Source: Clostridia bacterium | GTDB lineage: Bacteria; Bacillota; Clostridia; UBA1212; DUPL01 | DNA length: 64,000 bases | Assembly (NCBI GenBank): GCA_050951325.1 | Contig: JBMNIW010000006.1 | Span: 32,001 to 96,000 of the forward strand | Direction of reading: 5' to 3' | Part shown: piece after piece, positions 32,721 through 41,446 of the stretch | How positions within the stretch are numbered: the stretch's first letter is position 1 | How the letters are laid out: the number at the start of each line of letters is the position of its first letter | Program-made: the position numbers and the translations under genes | Notes under the pieces: generated by a model | What the model was told of the DNA's origin: nothing | Databases searched by the model: none | The model's input: the letters and a program-made list of their open reading frames with translations, nothing else

Positions 32721-33500
32721 CTATTCTTCCAACATTATTGTGCATAGCAGTCCTCTTACAGGTATCCTGTCTACCTCATACTTTCGCCGAAGTGTCGAGG
32801 GGATGGATTCCACGCCGTTACGGATCTTTGCAAAATCCTTAAACTCCGATGTTTTCATGTAGCGGAGTTGTCTTGCTCTTAAAACGGTTTTATGTGATAT
32901 TGTTTTGGACGATTTCTTTTTATGAAATTTCGGTCTGCACTGCTCACGGTAAGGACATTTGTTGCAAGTTTCTTTATTTAGTATGATGCGAACTGTATTT
33001 GTGGATAAATAATATTTGCAGGTTGTAGGGAATTGGCCTTCTAGGCATTTTAAAACTTTTTTGTCATATTTGCTGAATTCAAATTCCGTATAAAAGTAAT
33101 CAGGTATCTTGCCTACCAAGTTGGTGTTGATCAGATTTATATTATTTTCATCTGCAATTGCAACATTTTCCTCGCCTCTATATGATCCATCGGTTACAGG
33201 TGTTTCCTGAGCTTCAACGACACCCTTTAGAAATTGGCTTTCACTGTATGTGTTTGGTTGAAATCGTAATCAGTTATAACACTACCGTTTTCAGAGATAT
33301 TTTAAACTATGTTAGCTACATAACCACGGTGTTCTTTTCCCGCTTTCATGTAATAGGTCGCATCATGGTCAGAAGGATTTTGAAGTATTTCGGAGTGCTA
33401 GGATTTATCATCGTCTTCCTTAAGGTTCAACACTCCGTGTTCATCCATTACTCTTTGCTCAACTATTACTCGCTCAAGTAACAGATACTCACTTTTGCCT
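32721..33500 (-). pseudogene. Degraded IS5/IS1182-like DDE transposase fragment
   Basis: Minus-strand LQNPSDHDATYYMKAGKEHRGYVANIV* (in-frame stop), then CNKCPYREQC and RNGVESIPSTLRRKY...PVRGL; both ends missing. Confidence 0.8.
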
Positions 33501-33549
33501 TTGTATTTTCGGAGTATCAATTTACTTTACACCCTAATTATTTATGGTT

Positions 33550-33623
33550 ATTACATTATTAAACAAACTGTAAAATTTGCCATTTATATAGAAAAAGTAT
33601 TCCATTAGTGCGGATAAGGTAAT
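33550..33623 (+). repeat. 74-bp direct repeat, left copy (IS1634 target duplication)
   Basis: Identical to 35658-35731 (attacattattaaac...ggataaggtaat). Confidence 0.95.
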
Positions 33624-35657
33624 CTTGAGTTTAACAGTTAGAATTAAAAAAAACCTCCATAAACCCTTGTAATTAGTGGGTTTTTGAGGTTTTGTTTATT
33701 TCAGAAAAATGTTGTGTATTTATGGTCACTTTTTGGTATTTGCAATTAGTTGCCTGATGTCGCCTGCTTTTAGGAAGCGTCTATCCAGTCTCAAATTCAA
33801 ATCCTCACCCAAATCTTTTAGTATTTGGTCATAGTAGGTTGCCTTGTATACATTGTCCTTAATCCAACAAACCTGATAATTTCTCAAAGATTTGATTACC
33901 TGTTCAGGGGCATACTTTCCGTCCAGTCGTTTACACAAAAGTCTTAAGACTAGCAAGGCTATGAAACATGTAAGAAAGTGGGCATCAATCCTTTGCTCGA
34001 GTGTAACATTAACAGGTCTGGCTTCAATATCGCTTTTAGTAATCCTGAAACTATGTTCTATCTCCCAAAGACCGTGATATGCTTTGACGACATCATGGTC
34101 TGGCATATCCAGTTCGCTTGTAATGATTGCATAGTAGCCATCATACTTTTCGTCTTCCGCAATCCTGTCTTCATCCAGACTGGGTAAACGCCTGGTTTTA
34201 ATGTACTCACCAGTTTCCGGGTCATATTCAATGTTTTTTACATATCGTAATGCCCCACCTGCCTCACTCTTATCATAGCGTTTGGGATTTTCTATGATTC
34301 TTTTGGCCTTGGCAATAAGTTCAGCCCTCTTGTGCTTCTGGCGTCTTGCATAAAGCTCGTTGTAACATACAATCTGTTTTACATCCAACTGTATTTTGCG
34401 TTTGACATCATCTGCATGAGTTACCCAGAATTCCTGTGGATATAGTCGTGATTTCATGCGGAACAATCCGCTGTCTTGGTTGCCATTTCTTTCGTTCCAT
34501 GAATCAGCATGTTTTACTATCCCGTGCACATCTACATATCCTGACTGATCAAAAACATAGTCTTGCAGATCTTTGGAAGCTCCCCGTATTTTCTGAGAGA
34601 ATATGAATCCATCTCCTTTGGCCATGAGAAATGCGATGTTGTCTCCGCTATTCAATCCTTTGTCTGCTACGGTAATTATTCTACCCAGTCCATAACTGGC
34701 ACGTATTTTATGCAACAGCGGCATCATTGTCTGACTGTCATGGGTGTTCCCTTTAAATAACTGATACGCTATTGGAATAGCATCAGAATCAAGAAGCAGT
34801 CCCATTTGCACTAGCGGATTTCGTGTATTGTGCTTGCAATAACCCTTGCGACGAAATTCATCCTCTTTATCAATCTCAAAGTAAAAGTTTGTGACATCAT
34901 AAAAGACAACATCAGTTTTACGTTGATAGTTGATTCTGACCTGCTCGTGAAGATGGAGGAGAAGGTCATCTCGAAAAGATGCAAAATAGTCCAATGCACG
35001 ATAAACATCATACCAATCACATTTGAAATCTTTAGCCATACGTTCTTTTTGTCTGTAACTGTCTATCTTGGACCCTGGAGATAGAATCCTTGTATACACC
35101 AACAATTGCATAACATCGTTTAGCGAATAATCCATGGACAGGCTTCGTTGACGATTGATAATGAATTTGTCGATTTTTAACTGATGGTAAATTGAGCTTA
35201 GAGGAAGGAATCCCATGTGCTGCAAGGAATCTTCGTTCACTTCCATGGTCTCGTCTTCAGAAATAGTACCCAGAAATATTTCCTTTTTACTTTTTTCCTC
35301 GTTAAGTTTCTGGGTCCGAATACGTGCAATCTCTTTAAAATGTGCTATTGGATCCTCGTAACGATCAAGATATTCATCCAGATAGCCCAAATTCTCAACC
35401 AGCTTATGTTTGACTTTTTTGGTTGCAGGGTCACGATAACCTTCAACAAAACTTAAATTGATTTTGCCGTTTTTCAGTTTGGTAACTTTCAAAAACATCC
35501 AACAGCACCTCCTGATAGTAATCAGTTATATTATACCATGTTCTACTACATTATACAACAGAAAAATGAAAATTATTTGACATAAAAAAAGGCGCCAAGT
35601 TGGCGTTATTTAGGGCATTTTTGCAATTTAAATTGAAGATTAACTGTTAAACTAGGG
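33624..35657 (-). mobile_element. Complete IS1634-family insertion sequence (~2.03 kb)
   Basis: 17-bp terminal IRs cttgagtttaacagtta / taactgttaaactaggg (14/17 match), flanked by a 74-bp direct repeat; single transposase. Confidence 0.92.
33726..35498 (-). CDS. IS1634-family DDE transposase
   Basis: FYDVTNFYFE, FKGNTHD, VADKG, DGYYAIITS, YHGLWEIEHSFRITKS and AHFLTCFIAL; GGAGG RBS. Confidence 0.95.
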   Translation of the reverse strand: MFLKVTKLKNGKINLSFVEGYRDPATKKVKHKLVENLGYLDEYLDRYEDPIAHFKEIARIRTQKLNEEKSKKEIFLGTISEDETMEVNEDSLQHMGFLPLSSIYHQLKIDKFIINRQRSLSMDYSLNDVMQLLVYTRILSPGSKIDSYRQKERMAKDFKCDWYDVYRALDYFASFRDDLLLHLHEQVRINYQRKTDVVFYDVTNFYFEIDKEDEFRRKGYCKHNTRNPLVQMGLLLDSDAIPIAYQLFKGNTHDSQTMMPLLHKIRASYGLGRIITVADKGLNSGDNIAFLMAKGDGFIFSQKIRGASKDLQDYVFDQSGYVDVHGIVKHADSWNERNGNQDSGLFRMKSRLYPQEFWVTHADDVKRKIQLDVKQIVCYNELYARRQKHKRAELIAKAKRIIENPKRYDKSEAGGALRYVKNIEYDPETGEYIKTRRLPSLDEDRIAEDEKYDGYYAIITSELDMPDHDVVKAYHGLWEIEHSFRITKSDIEARPVNVTLEQRIDAHFLTCFIALLVLRLLCKRLDGKYAPEQVIKSLRNYQVCWIKDNVYKATYYDQILKDLGEDLNLRLDRRFLKAGDIRQLIANTKK

Positions 35658-35731
35658 ATTACATTATTAAACAAACTGTAAAATTTGCCATTTATATAGA
35701 AAAAGTATTCCATTAGTGCGGATAAGGTAAT
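35658..35731 (+). repeat. 74-bp direct repeat, right copy
   Basis: Identical to 33550-33623. Confidence 0.95.
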
Positions 35732-35809
35732 CTACTATAGTAGAAAATGCTTTGAACGAAGTATTCAGTTAAAAATTTTATAATGAAATCTAATAAGGAG
35801 TGATAAAAA

Positions 35810-36625
35810 ATGAAAAAAAGAATTTTGATTGCTGTTTTTGCAATGATTATTTCGGTTACTATCATAGTTCTTTCTGGTTTTGACAAGACTACGATGGAAC
35901 CGATTGATAATGGTCCGTATGAATCATATGCAGGTGTGCGTTTTCTGGCAAAAAAAGTTCCTAATGAAAGGGTTCTTACAATTGACGGTAATAAGATTTT
36001 GCTGAAATATGATAGCACGATAAATACCGCTGATAAAATGCCAGAAGACAGAGAAGACAAATACGGAACTTATGATGAGTATGTTGACGACGAAGGAAAC
36101 ATATATTCATTTTTGCATAATACCAACCTTCTCTGCGGCATACTTAACTTGGGAATAAACAAGCAATATGCAGACTCCATATCTGAAGATACAGCTAGGA
36201 ACATCGCTGAACTTTATCTAAACGAGGTTCTTGGTGTTGATGCTTTCAAAAAATACACATATGACAGCATAATATATGACGAAGGGTTTGAAAGGTATAT
36301 CCTTAAATATTACTATCCTCTCGGTAACATGAAGACCGATGATGAGATTTATATAACTATTGATAATTTTGGAAATATTATTAGTTTGTCTGCGCTTAAT
36401 CTAAATAAGTACGCAGAGATTACAATAGATACGTATGACATTGAAAAAACAGAAGGCAACGGAATGAACTATCTGTCTAATTTGGATAACAGTAATGTGG
36501 AAATCCAGGATATATTTATTTCCATGGATTACAAAGGCAGGTTGACTCTCACATATATCTATACATTTGCAAATAACGAGATAAGTCAAGCTGAAAGGTA
36601 TGATACCATACTGATTAAAAAGTAG
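35810..36625 (+). CDS. Hypothetical secreted protein, AT-rich
   Basis: AAGGAG RBS; signal peptide; ISEDTARNIAELYL resembles PepSY/YcdB-like helices. Confidence 0.7.
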   Translation: MKKRILIAVFAMIISVTIIVLSGFDKTTMEPIDNGPYESYAGVRFLAKKVPNERVLTIDGNKILLKYDSTINTADKMPEDREDKYGTYDEYVDDEGNIYSFLHNTNLLCGILNLGINKQYADSISEDTARNIAELYLNEVLGVDAFKKYTYDSIIYDEGFERYILKYYYPLGNMKTDDEIYITIDNFGNIISLSALNLNKYAEITIDTYDIEKTEGNGMNYLSNLDNSNVEIQDIFISMDYKGRLTLTYIYTFANNEISQAERYDTILIKK

Positions 36626-36705
36626 CATATATGTTATGTATTCAAAAGCTGTAGCATTAGTTGTTTCATAGAACTGATTTTTTTGCTCTGGAATGATATA
36701 ATAAA

Positions 36706-37822
36706 GGTTATGTCTTGTCAAGTGGTGTGAAATATTTTTCTACTAAGTAACTAAAATTAACTATACCCACCGCATTTATTCCACGGTCCTATTGACAACA
36801 AGCATCTCCCATATGCTTTCATGCAGCTGCGGCACCTCCATGCCTGGGGCATTAAGCTGCCTGGCTTGAGAGCCTAGCATATGGGGCCCTCTTATTGTCA
36901 ATAGGCTTTCGCGGCACAAACGCTTATTTCTCATATTATTACATTTTGTCTGCATTCGGCAGCTTTTTAAATGCATCTTTAACATAAGTTCATCTATCGA
37001 TTTCTTGGATAGGTACCTTCTTTCTGCTACGTTCCATTCATCGTTCTGCTCTATCAGTATAGCTCCGCCTAAGCAAATTACAGAGGACCTGTCCGGGAAA
37101 ACACTTACTACATTAAAACGCCTTCTAATCTCTTTATTTAAGCGCTCTATCAAGTTTGAAGAGTATATATGTTTCCAATGTTTTTCCGGAAAACTCATAT
37201 ATTCCAGGATGTCTTCTTCCGCGTCCATAACTGTCTGAGCAGCTTTAGGAAATCTCCCTTTTAACTGCTCAATGACATACTTCAGTGTTTGCTTTGCATT
37301 ATTTAGATCTTCTTGCATAAATATTGTTCTTATGCCACCAGACTTTTCTGTTTCTTAGGAACATCACATAGTACTTTTCTCATGAAATGAACCTGGCAAC
37401 GTTGCCATGAGGAGCCTGTTAATACCTTACTTATTGCGTTCTTAAGCCCTTGATGAAAATCACTGATCACCAGCTTTACACCTTTCAATCCCCTGTTAAC
37501 CAGTGATTGTAGGAAGTTTATCCAGTATTCACACGTCTCGCTCATTCCAATATCATAGCCAAGTACCTCTCGTGTGCCATTGGTGTTAATTCCAACTGCT
37601 ATTACCATTGCCATAGACCTGATATGACCATTTTCTCTTACTCTGGGGAATGTTGCATCCAGATACAGGTATGGATATCCTTTGTCTGATAATTCTCTGT
37701 TTCTGAACTCTTCAACGATGCCATCCAGCTCTTTGGATAACCTTGAGACCTTGCTCTTATCGATATTTAACTCTAGGCTTTCTACCAAGTTATCGACCTT
37801 TCTGGTGCTAACACCAAATTGA
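36706..37822 (-). pseudogene. IS256-family element, 5'-truncated and frameshifted
   Basis: GVSTRKV, YLYLDAT, REVLG, WQRCQVHF and SSNLIERLNKEIRRR; frameshift near 37325-37335; terminal IR-like GGTTATGTCTTGTCAAGTGGTGTGAAAT at 36706-36733. Confidence 0.9.
36781..36914 (-). ncRNA. Candidate structured RNA / long imperfect palindrome inside the IS256 3' region
   Basis: Nested stems 36788-36802/36891-36905, 36808-36817/36876-36885 and 36823-36828/36855-36860, with an apical GGCA tetraloop on the minus strand. Confidence 0.5.
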
Positions 37823-38109
37823 CAAACATCAGAAACACTACAAGAACAAGTCGTAAAAACAAAAAACAGCTGCATAAATGGTCTTCCTACAGACTTGCTA
37901 GTTTTATCCAATACAAGGGAAGTTTAGCGGGAATTAAGGTTGAATATGTTAATCCACAAAATACAAGTCAAAAGTATCCGAATTGTAAAGCCTTTAACAA
38001 GGTGGAAGATAGAAAATACGTGTGTAAATTATGTGGCTATGAAAAGCACAGGGATATAGTGGGTGCTATAAATATAATATCAGCACCTGTGGTGGATGGT
38101 GTAGCGTAA
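37819..38109 (+). pseudogene. tnpB: C-terminal fragment of TnpB (IS200/IS605-type RuvC endonuclease)
   Basis: LHKWS..L...IQYKG..AGI.V..VNPQNTSQ, degenerate zinc finger (YPNC...CKLC) and RuvC-III HRDIVGAINI; N-terminal part absent. Confidence 0.88.
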
Positions 38110-38241
38110 GCGATAGTCTACCAGCCCAAGATGCTATATGCACTGTCTTGGGAGGGGTGATGGCACACCCTAAACTTCGGGGAACTACAGATGCCAGAAA
38201 TGGACTTCTGACTACCACCGAAGAATCCAGGGGAGTGTCAA
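38110..38241 (+). mobile_element. IS200/IS605 right end / omegaRNA (reRNA) scaffold remnant
   Basis: Hairpins cccaagat...gtcttggg and ggggtg-atggcacaccc; ends gaatcca-ggggagtgtcaa with terminal TCAA. Confidence 0.7.
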
Positions 38242-39293
38242 ATACTTAGCAAACTTCTATACCACCTGATTGCAATAGCCCTTATCATTGCATAAACAGG
38301 AACAGCAAGAAAAACTCCTGCAATTCCGAAGAACTCTCCTCCCAGGAACACGACAATAATGGTGGTGACAGGATGTATGCCCAGTTTTCCTTCGATAATC
38401 TTGGGACCCAGAAAGTTATTGTCAAACTGCTGCACGCCTACAAACAGCAGAAAAGTCCACAACGCCTTTGTGGGAGAAGCAAGAAGAGCAACAATAACTG
38501 CAGGCACTGCACCAATAAAGGGGCCAAAATATGGTATGAGATTTGAAAACCCTCCAATAATTCCTAAAAGAATAGCGTAAGGAACCTTTAGAAGATAAAG
38601 CCCAATGGTTTCGAGCACCCCGATTATTACCGCTATTAGCAATTGCCCTTGAAGAAACTTTGCAGAAATCTTACCAAGCTCATAAAAGGTGTCGGTTATT
38701 GTGTTTCTATAGTCGTACGGAAAAACAGACAAAATCCAGCTGCTTAAAACTTCCTTGTCCTTGAGAAAATAATATGTCAATATGATGGAGGTTACCAAGT
38801 CCAGTATTAAATTGAATACTTTCTTGTAGGACCTTGAGATGGCATCAAGCATTTTTTCACTGGTCTTTTCAATAACGTCCATGGCGCCTTTAGAGTACTT
38901 CTCAAATACTACATAACGCTCGCTGTTTTTCCCCATCCCTAACATGCCTGCTATTCTTTCTGCAATTTCATCCACTCTCTCCTGGATCACAGGTATATTC
39001 AAGACAATCTCCTTCAGGTTTTCTGCAATTGCGGGTATGAGGAAAACCATTACCATGGTAAGCATGACAAGGCCCAATATGAAAGTAAGCATGATGGCAT
39101 GATTTCTTTTCATATTGGCCTTCTTTTGAAACATGGAAACAACAGGCTCCATCATGTACGATAACAAAAGCGCAATAATTACAGGGACGAGGATGTGTAT
39201 AAGCCTTTTTCGTAATATTATGACAATTATGAGCAAAAAGATGGCAGGAAGAAGAAAAATTATCTTCTCCCTGCATTTTGTATCCCTTTTCAT
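38238..39293 (-). CDS. AI-2E family (UPF0118, YrrI-like) transporter
   Basis: Multiple TMs; GQLLIA, NLIPYFGP and QQFDNNFLGPKI...IHP...G..GVFLAVP. Confidence 0.92.
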   Translation of the reverse strand: MKRDTKCREKIIFLLPAIFLLIIVIILRKRLIHILVPVIIALLLSYMMEPVVSMFQKKANMKRNHAIMLTFILGLVMLTMVMVFLIPAIAENLKEIVLNIPVIQERVDEIAERIAGMLGMGKNSERYVVFEKYSKGAMDVIEKTSEKMLDAISRSYKKVFNLILDLVTSIILTYYFLKDKEVLSSWILSVFPYDYRNTITDTFYELGKISAKFLQGQLLIAVIIGVLETIGLYLLKVPYAILLGIIGGFSNLIPYFGPFIGAVPAVIVALLASPTKALWTFLLFVGVQQFDNNFLGPKIIEGKLGIHPVTTIIVVFLGGEFFGIAGVFLAVPVYAMIRAIAIRWYRSLLSI

Positions 39294-39451
39294 TAGAACA
39301 TTCCAGATATGAATGAACCTGCTTTTCGTAGAACTTTTTTGCTGTTTCTCCCTAATGTCTTGTTGTTAGCCATGCTTTCAACAATCATTCCAATAGCTCC
39401 TCCAGCAGCCGCACCTACAATTAACCCTGTAAGATATTTAGTTTTTTTCAT
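39293..39451 (-). CDS. Small membrane protein (52 aa; YrzQ/YtxH-like)
   Basis: MKKTKYLTGLIVGAAAGGAIGM...; GGAG RBS; lies between PRC-barrel and AI-2E genes as in Bacillus yrrD-yrzQ-yrrI. Confidence 0.7.
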   Translation of the reverse strand: MKKTKYLTGLIVGAAAGGAIGMIVESMANNKTLGRNSKKVLRKAGSFISGMF

Positions 39452-39929
39452 CCCAATCACTCCTTCCGGCAATAATGTGATCTTCAGCAAATTCCACACC
39501 GTCCCTAAGTAACAGAAGATTTCTTCCTTGCACAACATCCTCCATAAACCCGCGGGACAATTCAAAGCCTTCTATACTTCCAGTCTCTATATCAAACACC
39601 AGATCCCTTACAACACCAAGACCTTTTCCGTCTCTGGTAACAACGTTACGCCCAAGCAGTTTTTCCATATCGTTGTTCCTTTTGTACTTACGCTTTCTGG
39701 GCAACTTCCTGATTGCACTGGAACTGTAGATAATACAGTTGTTTTTATCAATTCTTAAACAGTCTTCCAAAGCAACAAACTTTCGTCCAAAGCTCAGGCC
39801 TATTTGATCCACTAGAAAGCCTACAATGCAATTGGACTCGTCATAGACAGGTTCCATAAGGAAACCTGCCCTGCTTTCATCTTTAAGACATACTATGGGA
39901 ATTCCTTTTACATCCATCAGTTTAACCAC
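39438..39929 (-). CDS. Tandem PRC-barrel protein (YrrD-like)
   Basis: LLGRNVVTRDGKGLGVVRDLVFDIETGSIEGFELSRG. Confidence 0.85.
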   Translation of the reverse strand: MVKLMDVKGIPIVCLKDESRAGFLMEPVYDESNCIVGFLVDQIGLSFGRKFVALEDCLRIDKNNCIIYSSSAIRKLPRKRKYKRNNDMEKLLGRNVVTRDGKGLGVVRDLVFDIETGSIEGFELSRGFMEDVVQGRNLLLLRDGVEFAEDHIIAGRSDWDEKN

Positions 39930-40114
39930 AAAAAGCGCTCCTTATTGAAATAAATATGCAAAAAGATAAAACCGTTTGGACGGCAAAAATATTTTGCTCA
40001 TAATCTGTAATTTTAATTCAATACAAAATATGGGATAAAAACAGGCTTGAAAATGATACTAAACACAAGTACAATATGGGATGTTGAGTAAATAAGAAGG
40101 AGTAAAGATGTAAA

Positions 40115-41428
40115 GTGATAAAAATACCAAAGATTCTTTTGCCAAATAAAAACATTAACATGACAAAATGGTCCACAATAGCATGCGACCAATACACATC
40201 CGAACTGGAATATTGGAAATCTGTTGAAAGCGAAGTAGAAAACGAACCTTCAACGTATCATCTAATGCTTCCCGAAATTTATCTTGAGGAAGAAGATGTC
40301 GATGAAAGAATTGAAAAAATAAACAAAACGATGGATAAGTACATAAGCGATGGGATATTTGAAGAGAAAGGCCCTTGCATAATTGTGGTTGAACGCTCAT
40401 TTCCAAATGCGCCAACAAGAACCGGCATGATGCTGACTTTGGATCTGGAAGACTATGATTTCCATAAAGACTCTACATCTTTAATCAGGGCAACCGAAGG
40501 CACTGTGGAGGAAAGAATACCTCCTAGAATGAAGATAAGAGAGAACGCTTCTATCGAAATGCCCCATATCATGGTGTTGATTGATGATCCTGAAAAAACC
40601 GTTTTAGAACCATTAAAGGAATATGCGGTAAACAATCTTGTACCCATTTATGACTTTGAACTTATGAAAGATGGAGGCCATATAAAAGGTTATGAGATAA
40701 CAGATAATGAGATAATTGAGAAAATGAAATCCTCAATTTTAAGACTTGCTGACAAGGAAGTGTTTAAAAACAAGTACAATACAGACGTTGATGTATCACC
40801 CATGCTGTTTGCAGTAGGAGATGGAAACCATTCTCTGGCTTCTGCAAAGTGTCATTGGGACAATATTAAAAAAGGACTGAGTGAAGAAGAAAAGGCAAAT
40901 CATCCTGCAAGGTTTGCATTGTGTGAGATTGTGAACATACACGACCAAGGTATAGTATTTGAGCCTATACACCGTGTTCTTTTTAATGTGGATACAGGAT
41001 ATTTGCTTGACGAACTGCAAGGATACTTCATGGAAAATGCAACGATAGTGAATATCCCAGAGGATTTTGATGAATCAAAAGCAGAAAAACAGGAAGGCGT
41101 TCATACCATTTTGTTTGTTTCTGAAAATGAAAAAGGAATAATCTATATCGATGAAAAAGTACACACCCTTGCAACAGGAGCACTGCAGCCTTTTCTTGAT
41201 AGGTTCCTTGAATACAACGAGGATGTGAAAATCGATTACATCCATGGACTTGACTCATTGAAGCAAATTGGGACAAGAAAAGGCAATATAGGATTTATCT
41301 TCCCCAATCTTGACAAGAGAGACTTCTTCACCTCTATTGTTAAAAACGGACCCATGCCAAGAAAAACATTTTCATTGGGAGAAGCCAATGAAAAAAGATA
41401 TTATCTGGAGTGCAGAAAAATAAAATAA
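40115..41428 (+). CDS. DUF1015 family protein
   Basis: IACDQYTS, IRATEGT, AVGDGNHSLA, MPRKTFSLG and KRYYLECR motifs. Confidence 0.88.
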   Translation: MIKIPKILLPNKNINMTKWSTIACDQYTSELEYWKSVESEVENEPSTYHLMLPEIYLEEEDVDERIEKINKTMDKYISDGIFEEKGPCIIVVERSFPNAPTRTGMMLTLDLEDYDFHKDSTSLIRATEGTVEERIPPRMKIRENASIEMPHIMVLIDDPEKTVLEPLKEYAVNNLVPIYDFELMKDGGHIKGYEITDNEIIEKMKSSILRLADKEVFKNKYNTDVDVSPMLFAVGDGNHSLASAKCHWDNIKKGLSEEEKANHPARFALCEIVNIHDQGIVFEPIHRVLFNVDTGYLLDELQGYFMENATIVNIPEDFDESKAEKQEGVHTILFVSENEKGIIYIDEKVHTLATGALQPFLDRFLEYNEDVKIDYIHGLDSLKQIGTRKGNIGFIFPNLDKRDFFTSIVKNGPMPRKTFSLGEANEKRYYLECRKIK

Positions 41429-41446
41429 TATCTAGGAGGTATTTTT

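Noticed and set aside
36781-36914. 6S RNA, SRP RNA or simple terminator
   Set aside because: Shorter than 6S, lacks the SRP domain IV motif, sits inside IS256 ends, and is far larger than a terminator with no U tract.
36776-36960. Extended C-terminus of the IS256 ORF
   Set aside because: Transposase similarity ends near RRYLSKKSI; the rest is run-through across the palindrome.
37823-37911. N-terminus of the 193-aa IS256 ORF
   Set aside because: It is the antisense of the tnpB fragment, not transposase sequence.
37819-38109. Cas12f / type V CRISPR effector
   Set aside because: Only a C-terminal fragment, followed by an IS200/IS605-type right end, with no array or cas genes.
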